From Candidatus Poseidoniales archaeon (GTDB lineage: Archaea; Thermoplasmatota; Poseidoniia; Poseidoniales; Poseidoniaceae), in assembly GCA_038110525.1 (NCBI GenBank), contig JAYNJV010000005.1:4892-68891 (forward strand): 64,000 bases of DNA. Direction: 5' to 3'. The notes beneath the pieces are model-generated. The model saw nothing but the letters and a program-made list of their open reading frames with translations, was not told the origin of the DNA and did not search any database. The position numbers and the translations under genes were made by a program. The stretch's first letter is position 1. Each line of letters begins with the position of its first letter. Below are positions 1 to 10,493 of this stretch, in pieces.

Positions 1-3000
1 GGTGTGTTCGACCCGAGAATTCAACAGAGCGGGGACGTTGAAATGTTGCTTTCACAACTTGACAATGCACCTATTTCGACCATCGACAGTTTCCTTCATC
101 AATTAATTCAACCGTACCTTGACATTGTTGCTACGACTCCACCATCAGAGCAAATATCAGAAGAAATGTCAAAAATTCTCATTCAAGACACATTGAGTAG
201 CGTTTGGCGACTAAGGCATGTTGATGATGCATTGAATGCTGGTTTGCTCGAAAATCCACAAGAATTTCTCGGAGCAAGAGATAGACTCGCGGTTCGTTTG
301 GGAGGACAATCCAATGCAGAGGTTGTGATTCAAGGATTGATGTCGAAATCGATGTTTGTAGAAGAAGCACATCGAAATTTACTCAGGCGAGCCCAAGAGC
401 AGAATATTGAATGGAATGGACATGATGCTGGGCCGGTTGAACTTCTCTATGATATCATGTTAGATACGATTGATCAAGAAGACCTTGACAGATTTTTTGC
501 AACCTTGTTCGTTCGTATGACAGATTGGGTTGAACATTTTAGGGAATTCACTGCACAATGCATTCCTGTTGGTCAGGCATTTACTCAAAGTCGGATGCAT
601 CACCTCATTCATTTGATTGAACATCCTCCTGAACACCAACCGCTAGCACAACTTCGATGGATTTGGCGAGCATGTTTATCCATTGCAAGCCTGTCAAGTC
701 TCAAAGATAGTGAAACGCCTACGTTCTTCCCCCGAGGTACGCTTCCGAGCGATGACTGGCAGGCAGGCCTCTTCAAAAGCGGCGAATCGGGATTTACCGA
801 TAAAAATCTGAAAAAACAGGTTTTCAATGATGGGGTAGAATTATCTGACCTCATTAAACAGCACTTACTCGATCGAGAATCGTCAATATTTTTATTGCTG
901 GCGAAAAGCGTTTTCACTCTTCAACCGGAAGATGGTTATGCATTCATGCCTGCAGGAGTATCTTCGTATTTGTACGGATTGAATGTAGACATACCTCATC
1001 AGCATCACGGATTTGGTCACTATGTAAGTGAAGAACTTCAGATGGATGTTTTACGAGATTTGTTCTTTGTTCACAAAGGAACGCAACAAATTCATTCACA
1101 TCGAAAGGCCATGGATGGTTTCAATGATTTTGATGATGTCTTACGATTTTCCGCAGACATCTTGCTTTCACGTTGCCCAGATATGTGCCGCCACATCTAT
1201 CCAAGAGAGGCTGTCGATGCTCTTGATTCAATGACTTCTGAACCCTGGACTGACATGCACATTGCAAGGGCTATGACCATCTTGCATGACAATGAAGAAT
1301 GTAGAAAAGACCTACAATATCGGTACCGAATCCTCCAAACACTTCGACGACAATTTAGGGCATTCATCATCGATGAATACCAGGATACAAATCCGAGTCA
1401 TGCAAGGTTGTTAGCTCGTTTGTGGGGTCGCCGTACTCGAACGACAGACGAAGTCAAAGGACCACTTGGATATTGGGAGCCCACCATTTGTATTGTCGGA
1501 GATATGAAACAAAGCATCTACCGATTTCGGCAAGCAGAAGTTTCTGTGATGAGAACGATGGTCGAACAAATTCGAGAAGCCAATCGAATGGAAGAAGAAG
1601 ATGAACGCTTTTCTGACCTTCGTAGACAAGACCATGGAAGAGACCCAAGGCCTGTTGGCGATGGAGCATCAGGAACGGCGTTTACAAACAAACACTCCGA
1701 TGGCGAAAAAAGTGCACCATTTTCCTATGTGCATGTTGCTGCGAGAGATGATGAAGAAGGCAATTTCATGACCGACCTTGAGCGAGTCCAAAGGCGGAGG
1801 GAAGGCCATATCGATTTAACAACCAATTATCGAACACGTTCCCATTTGCTTGAATTCATGAATGATGTGTTTGATGATGTGTTCTCACCTCGACACGAAA
1901 CCATCGTTGGAAATTGGTATGCTGACGCCCAGCGTTTGCGTCCTGGAAGAACGGATGACGGCGGATACCTTGAATGGCTCATTCCAATTCAAACACAAAC
2001 CGAACCAGCAAGCACCGATATGAATGATAGCTTCGACCCATTTCTTGATTCTCGTTCATCTCTCAAACAACTTGAAAATGAGCTCATTGCCCAAAGAGTT
2101 GCATCTCTACTTTCTGGCCAAAATACGAGGATATGGGATACTGAGAATCAAATTTGGATAGAAATTGGAGACCGATGTGAATATCAACCTCGAGATATTA
2201 TGATTCTCTTTCACGCAAGAACACATGTTCCAGATTTGATTCAACGACTCTCCAATCGTGGGATTCCTGCAGTCTCTGACAAACAAGGTGCATTGCTTCA
2301 CCAACCCGTTATTCAACCTTTATTATCAATGCTTGAATTCATTGCCTATCCAGAATCAAGAAGGGCTTTGTTCGGTGTTTTGCGGTCGCCACTTGTTGGA
2401 CTCAGCGACGATGAAATCAATACCCTCTTCACATCAGAATTGAATGAACAATTATTTTCATGTTTCGAATCAAACATTTTTCCTGAATCGATTCAAAAGA
2501 TGTTCCGTGATGTAAACTCATTTCGATTGCAAGGCCGATTTAGTGATATTTTCACATATCTTCTGGATTATTCTGACCTCCTTGTCGTCCATTCCAATGA
2601 GTCTGAGCGAAATCATGTTGAAGCGTGGTGTACGTTGCTCAATGAAACATTAGCCAATTTTGGATACAACATCCTTGCAACACAAAGGCATATTCGTTCA
2701 TTGAAGGCATTAGGTAAAGATGGGCCTCCGGCTGAATCATCTTCATCTGGAAACGCAGTTCAAATTATGACACTCCACAAGGCAAAAGGATTGCAGGCAA
2801 AAGTGGTCATCGTTGCAGGTATGTTTGGTGCTGGGCAACAAGATGCATCCCAATCTGTACGAGACAATGTCCTCGTGACTCCACAAATTGTTGCTGGAAG
2901 AATTCAGCCATGGACTGACCACGAACGCCCTCAAGACGGCCTTTGGGAATTTACGAAAGCAATTGAAGATGCACAAGGTCGTGCAGAACGACGAAGACAA

Positions 3001-4548
3001 CTTTATGTTGCACTCACAAGGGCCGAAGAGCGGTTGATTCTAGTTGGCTCACCTTCCTCGAGTGAGTACGATGAAGAAAGCCAAAGGTTCAAAATTAAAC
3101 GTAGCACGAGTGTCCGTTCCTTTGGAAATATGTTGATCGATGCCATGCGACACGTTGCAAAATGTGGAGACCATCCCGATTCTCCTTGGCTGCTCGAAGG
3201 CGATATCGAGGCAGAGGTTTTGGCTCCAGTTGATGAATCGCCTCTATTCATCAATCCGGCTCAATTGTTCGTTCAATCTACATTTCGAGAATCAACGATT
3301 CAAACTTTACAGGTATATCATCACCCTGATTGTTTTTCGACTTCACAGCCTACGTCGGTTTTACACCAAACACTTGAGATGTATTCGAGATTACAACAAG
3401 ATTCCAATGTTCGCGCTCATTCAAGACAAATTCCACATTTGAACCTTGAAACCAGAGGGACGGTATTTGACCTTGATAGTTCATTTCGTTGCCGAAGGAG
3501 GCATTGGCTCAGTCATGTGTTAGGATGGCAAACTGAACCACTCAACATTCAAACGCAACAACGGGATGAATCACAATCAGTATACCCGAATCCCACAGAT
3601 TTTGGTCTGATTATGCATCGTTTGCTCGAAGTTGGTTTACCAAATCCATGCACATATGATGGCTTCACACCCTCGTTATCGAATGAATGGTTCATAGAAA
3701 ACGAAAGTAAGTTGCTCGATGAAACAACCATTGAGGATGTGCTTTTGGAATTTGGAATTTCACCATCTGATGCTAAGTTTTCATCGACAAAACAACGAGT
3801 CAAAGAAATTTCAACATTGATGACACAACAACGATTAGGAATGCTCCTGCAAGGCGTTGAGTGCGAAGGGTTTACGGTCGAAGCAGTTCGAACGGAGTTG
3901 CCTTTCCGACACATTCACAAGGTTTCAGATCTATGTATTGAACATACAAAAGAAACACCCTACGGTTCAGAAATTATGTCGATTATTGATGATATTTCGA
4001 TGATTTTTGAAGGGCGGATAGACTTAGCGATCGCCCTGTGTGATGGACAAAACAATGGATATCTCCAAGTTGTTGATTTGAAAACAAAAGGATGCCTTGA
4101 TGATTTTTCCCATGACAAAGAAGATGCTCATCCCTTACAAGAAAACAATCAGAGCGTAGAGAATTCAAGAGCAATAACCCCTGCTGAACTTGAACTCCTC
4201 GAACAATACAGATTGCAGTTAACCATGTACTCAATGGTCCTCGAATCCATCGAGCAGCACAAGGAACCGAGCCAACGTAGGACAATCCTCCCTCCCTCAA
4301 TTCTAGTTGGTGCCTCAGGGCGAATGATACAACTTAGCGACGAGCAATACACGAATAGCAAAACCGATATTCTTGAACATCTATCTTGGCGGACATCAGT
4401 GCTTGCGAGTTCAGATACTCTTGAGGTTCCCCCTCGACTTGAATCAGACAAGGAGTGCCGGTCTTGTCCATTTTTCATCGGTGATATTCGTCGTTGCGGG
4501 CCCGTCTCTGAACCTTTAGGCCTCAGGGCTTTTGACCCATCAAAATAA
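1..4548 (+). CDS. UvrD/AddA-type SF1 helicase fused to a C-terminal PD-(D/E)XK (RecB/Cas4-like) nuclease with a Cys cluster; 5' end off-window (partial)
   Basis: The reading frame is open to the window edge. Helicase motifs: ISTIDSF, DEYQDTNPSH (motif II), GDMKQSIYRFRQAE (III), TNYRTRS (IV), TLHKAKGLQAKVVIV, YVALTRAEERLILVG (VI). No Walker A is visible, so the N-terminus is missing. Nuclease motifs: GRIDLAI, LQVVDLKTKG, QLTMYSMVL. Cysteines: FRCRRRHW plus CRSCPFFIGDIRRCG. Confidence 0.8.
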   Translation, partial: GVFDPRIQQSGDVEMLLSQLDNAPISTIDSFLHQLIQPYLDIVATTPPSEQISEEMSKILIQDTLSSVWRLRHVDDALNAGLLENPQEFLGARDRLAVRLGGQSNAEVVIQGLMSKSMFVEEAHRNLLRRAQEQNIEWNGHDAGPVELLYDIMLDTIDQEDLDRFFATLFVRMTDWVEHFREFTAQCIPVGQAFTQSRMHHLIHLIEHPPEHQPLAQLRWIWRACLSIASLSSLKDSETPTFFPRGTLPSDDWQAGLFKSGESGFTDKNLKKQVFNDGVELSDLIKQHLLDRESSIFLLLAKSVFTLQPEDGYAFMPAGVSSYLYGLNVDIPHQHHGFGHYVSEELQMDVLRDLFFVHKGTQQIHSHRKAMDGFNDFDDVLRFSADILLSRCPDMCRHIYPREAVDALDSMTSEPWTDMHIARAMTILHDNEECRKDLQYRYRILQTLRRQFRAFIIDEYQDTNPSHARLLARLWGRRTRTTDEVKGPLGYWEPTICIVGDMKQSIYRFRQAEVSVMRTMVEQIREANRMEEEDERFSDLRRQDHGRDPRPVGDGASGTAFTNKHSDGEKSAPFSYVHVAARDDEEGNFMTDLERVQRRREGHIDLTTNYRTRSHLLEFMNDVFDDVFSPRHETIVGNWYADAQRLRPGRTDDGGYLEWLIPIQTQTEPASTDMNDSFDPFLDSRSSLKQLENELIAQRVASLLSGQNTRIWDTENQIWIEIGDRCEYQPRDIMILFHARTHVPDLIQRLSNRGIPAVSDKQGALLHQPVIQPLLSMLEFIAYPESRRALFGVLRSPLVGLSDDEINTLFTSELNEQLFSCFESNIFPESIQKMFRDVNSFRLQGRFSDIFTYLLDYSDLLVVHSNESERNHVEAWCTLLNETLANFGYNILATQRHIRSLKALGKDGPPAESSSSGNAVQIMTLHKAKGLQAKVVIVAGMFGAGQQDASQSVRDNVLVTPQIVAGRIQPWTDHERPQDGLWEFTKAIEDAQGRAERRRQLYVALTRAEERLILVGSPSSSEYDEESQRFKIKRSTSVRSFGNMLIDAMRHVAKCGDHPDSPWLLEGDIEAEVLAPVDESPLFINPAQLFVQSTFRESTIQTLQVYHHPDCFSTSQPTSVLHQTLEMYSRLQQDSNVRAHSRQIPHLNLETRGTVFDLDSSFRCRRRHWLSHVLGWQTEPLNIQTQQRDESQSVYPNPTDFGLIMHRLLEVGLPNPCTYDGFTPSLSNEWFIENESKLLDETTIEDVLLEFGISPSDAKFSSTKQRVKEISTLMTQQRLGMLLQGVECEGFTVEAVRTELPFRHIHKVSDLCIEHTKETPYGSEIMSIIDDISMIFEGRIDLAIALCDGQNNGYLQVVDLKTKGCLDDFSHDKEDAHPLQENNQSVENSRAITPAELELLEQYRLQLTMYSMVLESIEQHKEPSQRRTILPPSILVGASGRMIQLSDEQYTNSKTDILEHLSWRTSVLASSDTLEVPPRLESDKECRSCPFFIGDIRRCGPVSEPLGLRAFDPSK

Positions 4549-5152
4549 GTGTTCCAGCCCACCCATCCGATGCTCCAGTTCGGCTAGATGAAACATGTTG
4601 AAAACCAATGGATTCCAAGCAATTTTTCCAATCTTGTTCACTCAAAGTTGTCATATGTACGCCTAATTTTTCTGGCCAAGTGTGGCTTGCTTCGTTTTCA
4701 AGGTAGTGATCGATACCAAAAACAATCCAGCCATTTGAATTGAGCCAATCACGAAAAACCGTTGCAAGAAATTCTTGTGGTTGATGGAGATAATACATGA
4801 ATTCCATACTCATAGCAAGGTCAAAATTCTCATTTGGAGACCATTGAGGTAATTGGGCGAGTACATAATGTCCTTCAGGGTCAATGTTCTTGGCTTTATC
4901 AATCATATTTTTTGCTCCGTCGACGCCAATGGCCTTCGAACACTGAGCATTGGATTGAAATTTTCGAACGACCCAACCATTTCCGCAACCAATATCGATG
5001 AAAGTAAAATTTGGCTTCATCAAAGGAAGAGCCAAATCAATCATTGTGTTCACTGAAGGACTATGCCCTTGTTCCATTCCCTCATCTTTACCTATTTCTG
5101 CCCAATCTGAAAAGACATCAGTTGCCTTTTTGTTACCCATGAGAAATCTCAA
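4523..5152 (-). CDS. class I SAM-dependent methyltransferase
   Basis: 209-aa ORF with motif I FIDIGCGNGWVV. It converges on the helicase gene and overlaps its 3' end by 26 nt. Confidence 0.6.
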   Translation of the reverse strand: MRFLMGNKKATDVFSDWAEIGKDEGMEQGHSPSVNTMIDLALPLMKPNFTFIDIGCGNGWVVRKFQSNAQCSKAIGVDGAKNMIDKAKNIDPEGHYVLAQLPQWSPNENFDLAMSMEFMYYLHQPQEFLATVFRDWLNSNGWIVFGIDHYLENEASHTWPEKLGVHMTTLSEQDWKNCLESIGFQHVSSSRTGASDGWAGTLILMGQKP

Positions 5153-5218
5153 AAAACACTATTCGATAAATATCTCCACGATAGAAAAAAACTTGTTCTC
5201 ATCACTCTTGCATTGATT

Positions 5219-6178
5219 ATGCAAATCTCAACAGAGCCAATCGATGAGGTTCTTTATCCTCAAATCGAGCCACATACGACCGGATTTTTGGAGGTATCAA
5301 CACTCCACACTCTATATTACGAAAGGTCTGGAAATCCCGATGGCCTACCCATCATCGTGATACACGGTGGACCCGGTGGAGGTAGTCAACCTTTATACAG
5401 ACGATACTTTGACCCAGAGAAATTTGACATCATTCAATTTGACCAACGGGGTTGCGGCAAATCAACACCTCATGCCGAATTGGAGGAGAACCATACCCAC
5501 GCCTCTGTTTCTGATATCGAATCATTGAGGAATTTTTTCGGTATTGAAAAATGGCATGTGTTTGGAGGTTCTTGGGGCTCCACGCTCTCGTTGATTTACG
5601 CTCAACATTATCCAGACAGGGTGCTTAGTTTGGTGTTAAGGGGCATTTTTATGTGTCGAAAAAGTGAGTTGCATTGGTTTTACCAAGATGGTGCGAGCCA
5701 TATATTCCCAGATGCATTCGAGGCCTACAGAGACCACATTCCACTTCAAGAGCAACACAACCTCATTGAAGCCTACTATTCTCGATTGACACATGTTGAT
5801 GTCGAGGTTCGAAGAGCTGCTGCCCGTGAATGGACACGATGGGAAATGGCAACCAGTCGATTGTTTCCCGACCCAAGTTATGTTGAAAAAGCAGAGGACT
5901 TGGATTTTGCAGTTGCATTTGCTCGCATTGAATGTCATTACTTCATCAATGGAATTTTTGTCGAAGAAGCCCATATTTTGAACAACGTCGACAAGATCAA
6001 TCATATCCCAACCATCATTGTTCAAGGACGATACGATGTTGTATGCCCTGCAAGAAGTGCATGGGAGTTGCATAAAGCCTTGAATCACAGTGAACTCATC
6101 ATCGTTCCAGATGCAGGTCATTCAGTGGGTGAAGTCGGTATTGCTCGAGCACTGGTAGCTGCAACTGATAAAATTTGA
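5219..6178 (+). CDS. pip: proline iminopeptidase (alpha/beta hydrolase, S33)
   Basis: HGGPGGG, nucleophile elbow GGSWGSTL, and C-terminal PDAGHS. ATG at 5219; the track start at 5213 is TTG. Confidence 0.8.
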   Translation: MQISTEPIDEVLYPQIEPHTTGFLEVSTLHTLYYERSGNPDGLPIIVIHGGPGGGSQPLYRRYFDPEKFDIIQFDQRGCGKSTPHAELEENHTHASVSDIESLRNFFGIEKWHVFGGSWGSTLSLIYAQHYPDRVLSLVLRGIFMCRKSELHWFYQDGASHIFPDAFEAYRDHIPLQEQHNLIEAYYSRLTHVDVEVRRAAAREWTRWEMATSRLFPDPSYVEKAEDLDFAVAFARIECHYFINGIFVEEAHILNNVDKINHIPTIIVQGRYDVVCPARSAWELHKALNHSELIIVPDAGHSVGEVGIARALVAATDKI

Positions 6179-6275
6179 ACATTGGAAATACGAGAGCAAC
6201 ACGGCATCTTCATGCGTCGGCTTGATATGTAAGGCCAATGTGGATTAGAAGTAGGCGTAGCCCGAGGTGAGCAAA

Positions 6276-7040
6276 ATGACAGACGGCACAATGACCGATG
6301 AGGTTCGAATTAAGGAGTTAGAAGACGCTCTTGGAACAGAAACCGACCGACTTCAGAAACTGTTTGCAGCATACGAAACGCAAGAAAAGGAACTGGTCGA
6401 TGCAAGGGCTGAAATTGAAGTTCTCGAAAAAGAAATTATTGATAGGGAAATCGAAAAAGAATCTCTTGAATCCATTATCGCTGAAAAGGATGTCCGACTA
6501 CGTGAATTGGAACGAAAAGCAACGACCTCATTGAAAAGAGTCGAACATCTTGAGCCAGAACTTGAGAAAATGGAGGAAAAGTACACTCGAGAAAAAGATC
6601 GTCTCGGTAAAGTGTTTTCCATTGCTGAGGAGTTGGATAACGACCTTCGACTCGCAGTTGCTGAAATGTCAGCAAGAGATACATGGTACATGGACCACAT
6701 GGCACTCTTTGAAGACTTGAACAAGGCCATTAAAGCCCGTTACGATATGATTGAACGTGCGGTTGAAGCAGAACGAAAATCACAGCATTTGCGACGAGCG
6801 TTTACCGAGCGTGTTGAAGAACTTGTCGAGGCACGTGCAGGTGAAGGAGCAACCGAAGACGAACAATCAGAAGATGTTGAAGAAGAAGCACCTTCAGAAG
6901 ACGAGGTTTCATCGGAAGAAGCAGGAACTGAAGATGCATCAGAAGATAATGCATCAGACGAGGAAGCACTCGAAGACGAACCATCAGAGACTGCAACATC
7001 AGCAACATGGTCAGATGGAGAAGACCCCTGGGAATCATAA
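6276..7040 (+). CDS. coiled-coil protein with strongly acidic Glu/Asp/Ser-rich C-terminal tail, function unknown
   Basis: Long ORF with heptad-like E/K/L-rich sequence and a tail EDEQSEDVEEEAPSEDEVSSEE.... The start is ambiguous (GTG 6267 or ATG 6276). Confidence 0.5.
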   Translation: MTDGTMTDEVRIKELEDALGTETDRLQKLFAAYETQEKELVDARAEIEVLEKEIIDREIEKESLESIIAEKDVRLRELERKATTSLKRVEHLEPELEKMEEKYTREKDRLGKVFSIAEELDNDLRLAVAEMSARDTWYMDHMALFEDLNKAIKARYDMIERAVEAERKSQHLRRAFTERVEELVEARAGEGATEDEQSEDVEEEAPSEDEVSSEEAGTEDASEDNASDEEALEDEPSETATSATWSDGEDPWES

Positions 7041-7051
7041 TCGGTGAGGCA

Positions 7052-7915
7052 ATGGGCGGATTAGCCCCTGGAGGTTTAGCGCCAGTTTTGACGACTGGTT
7101 GTATGGGCATTAGTGCCCTCATCGTTGGCACAATCGTTGACCCAGTTGCAGGATTGGTTCCTTTTTTTGGTGTACTTTGTATCATGATCTCGTTGTTTTT
7201 TGCAAATTTTTGGAGAGACCCCGACCGACCAATTCCAAAAGACCGAGGTGTTGTTCTCTCCCCTGCAGATGGTCATGTGATGTTTATCAAGCGAGAACGT
7301 GCAGTGGGTAGGCGACCATCTCAATCCGAATTGAATGAAGATGTCATCATTCGTGACTCATTGACCGGTGATTGGTACCCTCAACCATCGGACAATCCTC
7401 TCCGATTTGAAACCGAACAACTTTTTGAAGAAGTACCTCAAGGTGAAGAATCGGAACTTGATGTGTGGCGAATTGCAGTCTTTATGTCTCCACTTGATGT
7501 CCATGTGAACCGAAGTCCCATCGATGGAGAACTGGTCATCACCGAACACAGAAAGGGAAAGGGCCTTAAGCGAGGCCCATTTTTGCCTGCGTTCAAGAAA
7601 GAAAGTGAATTCAATGAACGAGTGCGAAATGTGTTTGAAAACGATGGAGGAGAACGTTTCGAAGTATCTCAAATCTCCGGTGCATTAGCACGCACAATCG
7701 TTCCTTGGGTCATCGCTCCTTTTTCTCTGCGCCGGGGCCAGAGAATTGGCATGATTCGACTTGGTTCGAGAGTCGACGTTCGAGTAAAAGCAGTTGATTA
7801 TGTTCCCAATGTGGTTTCAGCAGAGGAAAAAAATGCCTTACATCCTAAAGGAGAATTTGTACAAGCTGGCTCAAGCATTCTTTTTGTACCAAATCATGTG
7901 GAGGATGATGAATGA
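7052..7915 (+). CDS. psd: phosphatidylserine (archaetidylserine) decarboxylase proenzyme
   Basis: VFMSPLDVHVNRSPIDG matches the PSD FLSPxDYHRxHxP block. GMIRLGSRVDV matches the LGS(T/R) self-cleavage site. N-terminal TM segments are present. GGTGAGG (7043-7049) lies upstream of ATG 7052. The longer track ORF overlaps the previous gene. Confidence 0.7.
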   Translation: MGGLAPGGLAPVLTTGCMGISALIVGTIVDPVAGLVPFFGVLCIMISLFFANFWRDPDRPIPKDRGVVLSPADGHVMFIKRERAVGRRPSQSELNEDVIIRDSLTGDWYPQPSDNPLRFETEQLFEEVPQGEESELDVWRIAVFMSPLDVHVNRSPIDGELVITEHRKGKGLKRGPFLPAFKKESEFNERVRNVFENDGGERFEVSQISGALARTIVPWVIAPFSLRRGQRIGMIRLGSRVDVRVKAVDYVPNVVSAEEKNALHPKGEFVQAGSSILFVPNHVEDDE

Positions 7916-8970
7916 AACGACTACTTCGTGCCCTTCCCGCGTTGATGGTATTGCTTTTGGCTGCAGCACCAGCATTGTATTACCAAGTCGGATTGTTTGT
8001 GTATTTTGAAATTGCAAAAACGGATTTGGATTGTACCAATCATGCCCCATACAATACTCCAGCAAATTTTGAACCCCATCTTTATCCAGAAAATATCGAG
8101 AGCTACACCCATCAATGGAACGACACCATCGTGTCGAATATCGATCAATATTACATGGAGTCATGGGAAAACGCGACAATCTATCTTGAAGAAGAGCCAA
8201 TCAGTATATCTGCGTGGTATGTTGAACAAGATACAGAATCACCATGGGTGATTCTCATCCACGGCATACGTTCGTGCAAAGCCAATCACGAAGTGCTCAT
8301 ACCCGCTGGAATGTTGTCAAAAAATGGATTCAATGTCTTGATGATTGACCTGCGCGATCACTGGCAGAGCACAGTCGAAGATGAGTTGGTTTCAGCAGGT
8401 CAAAGAGAATGGCGTGATGTGCTTGCTGCATGGTCTTGGCTTCAAGATGAAAAGGGCGTTCCGCCACAACATATTGGTCTCTACGGAGCTTCGATGGGAG
8501 CAGGTACGGCTGCCCTTACTTTTGCCCAAGAACCTTCAGTTCAATCTGTATTCCTAGATTCTGTATACTTTTCAATGGACACCATCTTACGAGAAGAACT
8601 CGAATACCAAGGCCTACCTCCTGTGTTGGTTGATGCTGGAATTTTTGCAGGTAAAGTGTATTCTGGCGATGATATTGTCGATGTTGAACCATATGAGGCT
8701 GCAGAAAATCTGAATGGACGTTGGATGTTTATTGCACAATCAAACAACGACACTCGTATTCGATTGCATCACGGCAACAATATGTGCGAAGCAGCCATGG
8801 AGCACAGTGAACATGTCGAGTGTTGGTTTGCTGATTCTGCTGTACAATTTACTACAGATGATGGTGAAGACGCAATGCTTGCCCACGTGACATTGATGCT
8901 TACACAACCTGAAATGTATGAACAAAAATTGGTTGAATTCTTTACGCAATCGCTTTCTATGGAGGTTTGA
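7912..8970 (+). CDS. membrane-anchored alpha/beta-fold hydrolase
   Basis: N-terminal TM segment (LPALMVLLLAAAPALYY), HGIRS oxyanion-like region, and GxSxG elbow GASMGAG. Its ATG overlaps the psd stop (ATGA at 7912-7915). Confidence 0.65.
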   Translation: MKRLLRALPALMVLLLAAAPALYYQVGLFVYFEIAKTDLDCTNHAPYNTPANFEPHLYPENIESYTHQWNDTIVSNIDQYYMESWENATIYLEEEPISISAWYVEQDTESPWVILIHGIRSCKANHEVLIPAGMLSKNGFNVLMIDLRDHWQSTVEDELVSAGQREWRDVLAAWSWLQDEKGVPPQHIGLYGASMGAGTAALTFAQEPSVQSVFLDSVYFSMDTILREELEYQGLPPVLVDAGIFAGKVYSGDDIVDVEPYEAAENLNGRWMFIAQSNNDTRIRLHHGNNMCEAAMEHSEHVECWFADSAVQFTTDDGEDAMLAHVTLMLTQPEMYEQKLVEFFTQSLSMEV

Positions 8971-8975
8971 AGAAG

Positions 8976-10115
8976 ATGACCGAACAACCATCATTACTTT
9001 CGCCGACCTCCAAGCGCTTAAGAATTCACGACTTGGTCAAAGCACCAGAAAACACGCCTTATGCACAAAAAAAGAAGCACGCTTGGGATGCAAGAGACCC
9101 TGCGTTGGTGTATCAAACGCCTGAAGTGACAGCTGATGGTTCAATTTGTCAAGCTGCTACAATTATCTTGAGAACCAAAGGCTGCCACTGGTGGTGGTCA
9201 TCAGGCTGCACTTTTTGCGGCTACTTTAATGACACAAGGGATGATGTGACTTCAGCAGATTTGCATGCACAGTGGGAAGCAGCAAAGAAGAAGTTAGACC
9301 AATTTTCAGAAGTCGATATGGTCAAGGTCTATACTTCGGGTAGCCTGCTTGAGGACAGAGAAATACCTCTTGATTTTCAAGAGACCGTCCTAAGGGATTG
9401 TCATACCTTTCAAAAAGAATTGATTATTGAAAGCCGATGTGAGCAACTGACCAAAGAGAAACTTTCGTGGGCAGTATCTCACAACCCGAACTTCACAGTA
9501 GCGATTGGTCTTGAAGCCTATGATGATGAAGTACTACGGTTTCACGTCAATAAAGGATTCACAACGGCATCCTGGCATCGTGCAGTTGAAAATTTGAGAG
9601 CACACGGTCTACGTGTGAAAACATATCTCATGTTCAAACCTCCATTCATGAGTGAAGCCGACGCTCTATATCATTCAGTGTCATGGATTTCTTCCGTAGC
9701 CTCACTGTCTGATGAGATTTCTATCAACCCAATGAATGTTCAAAATGGAACTGTCATCGACAGACTCTATCGAAACGGCGATTATCATCCTCCGTGGTTA
9801 TGGTCTCTTGTTGAAATGATTCATTTGAGTCATGCAGCATTGGAAAAAAGCAACACAAAGACACGGATCATTGTTCACCCTACAGCAGGAGGAAAACTTC
9901 GGGGTTCACACAATTGCGGGCAGTGTGATGCAGAGGTTGTTGCAGCCATCGAACGTTATGCAGTATCTGCATCGCTTGAGGAATTTAGTGGCCTCACTTG
10001 CGAATGCAAACATCGATGGTCAATGGAGATTGAATTGGAACAAAAGATGCCATTGCCGTTAGGAATTTCCAAGCATCGTCGAACATCCAAAATCGATAAA
10101 CTTCGTTCCCCATAA
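8976..10115 (+). CDS. archaeal radical-SAM protein (Elp3-like; TIGR01210/RaSEA-like, archaeosine-pathway candidate)
   Basis: Cys triad GCHWWWSSGCTFCGY, followed by an Elp3-like barrel region (IGLEAYDDEVLRFHVNKG). GGAGGT at 8961-8966 lies upstream of ATG 8976. Confidence 0.55.
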   Translation: MTEQPSLLSPTSKRLRIHDLVKAPENTPYAQKKKHAWDARDPALVYQTPEVTADGSICQAATIILRTKGCHWWWSSGCTFCGYFNDTRDDVTSADLHAQWEAAKKKLDQFSEVDMVKVYTSGSLLEDREIPLDFQETVLRDCHTFQKELIIESRCEQLTKEKLSWAVSHNPNFTVAIGLEAYDDEVLRFHVNKGFTTASWHRAVENLRAHGLRVKTYLMFKPPFMSEADALYHSVSWISSVASLSDEISINPMNVQNGTVIDRLYRNGDYHPPWLWSLVEMIHLSHAALEKSNTKTRIIVHPTAGGKLRGSHNCGQCDAEVVAAIERYAVSASLEEFSGLTCECKHRWSMEIELEQKMPLPLGISKHRRTSKIDKLRSP

Positions 10116-10211
10116 CATCAAAAATTTCCAACTCTTGCTTGAATGCTATAACTGAATCTTTATGGATACCCGTCAAGTGGCGTGAGCATACCTCTATGGT
10201 GAGTGAGTACG

Positions 10212-10484
10212 ATGACAGACACATCCGTTCTTCCAGACACAACAGTCGGAAACAATGAACCAACCACATCGAGAATGATCTTGGTGCTCATGGTCGTTGC
10301 AATTCTTGGTTTTTTTGCTCTTTTTTCAAACATTTTTGGCTGGGATAATATCCCGCTTCTCGGCGAAATTGTACCTTTAATCGGTAACCTCGGTGGAGGA
10401 GGAATTTGGTATTACCTCTTGGGATTCATCATTGGAATCGGTGCAATTGTTGCAACCCTTGTAGGAGAAATTCTTGTCGATTGA
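10212..10484 (+). CDS. small 2-TM Gly-rich membrane protein
   Basis: 90-aa ORF with two hydrophobic helices and a GNLGGGGIWYY segment. It ends 9 nt before the next gene. Confidence 0.45.
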   Translation: MTDTSVLPDTTVGNNEPTTSRMILVLMVVAILGFFALFSNIFGWDNIPLLGEIVPLIGNLGGGGIWYYLLGFIIGIGAIVATLVGEILVD

Positions 10485-10493
10485 GGTGTAGAA

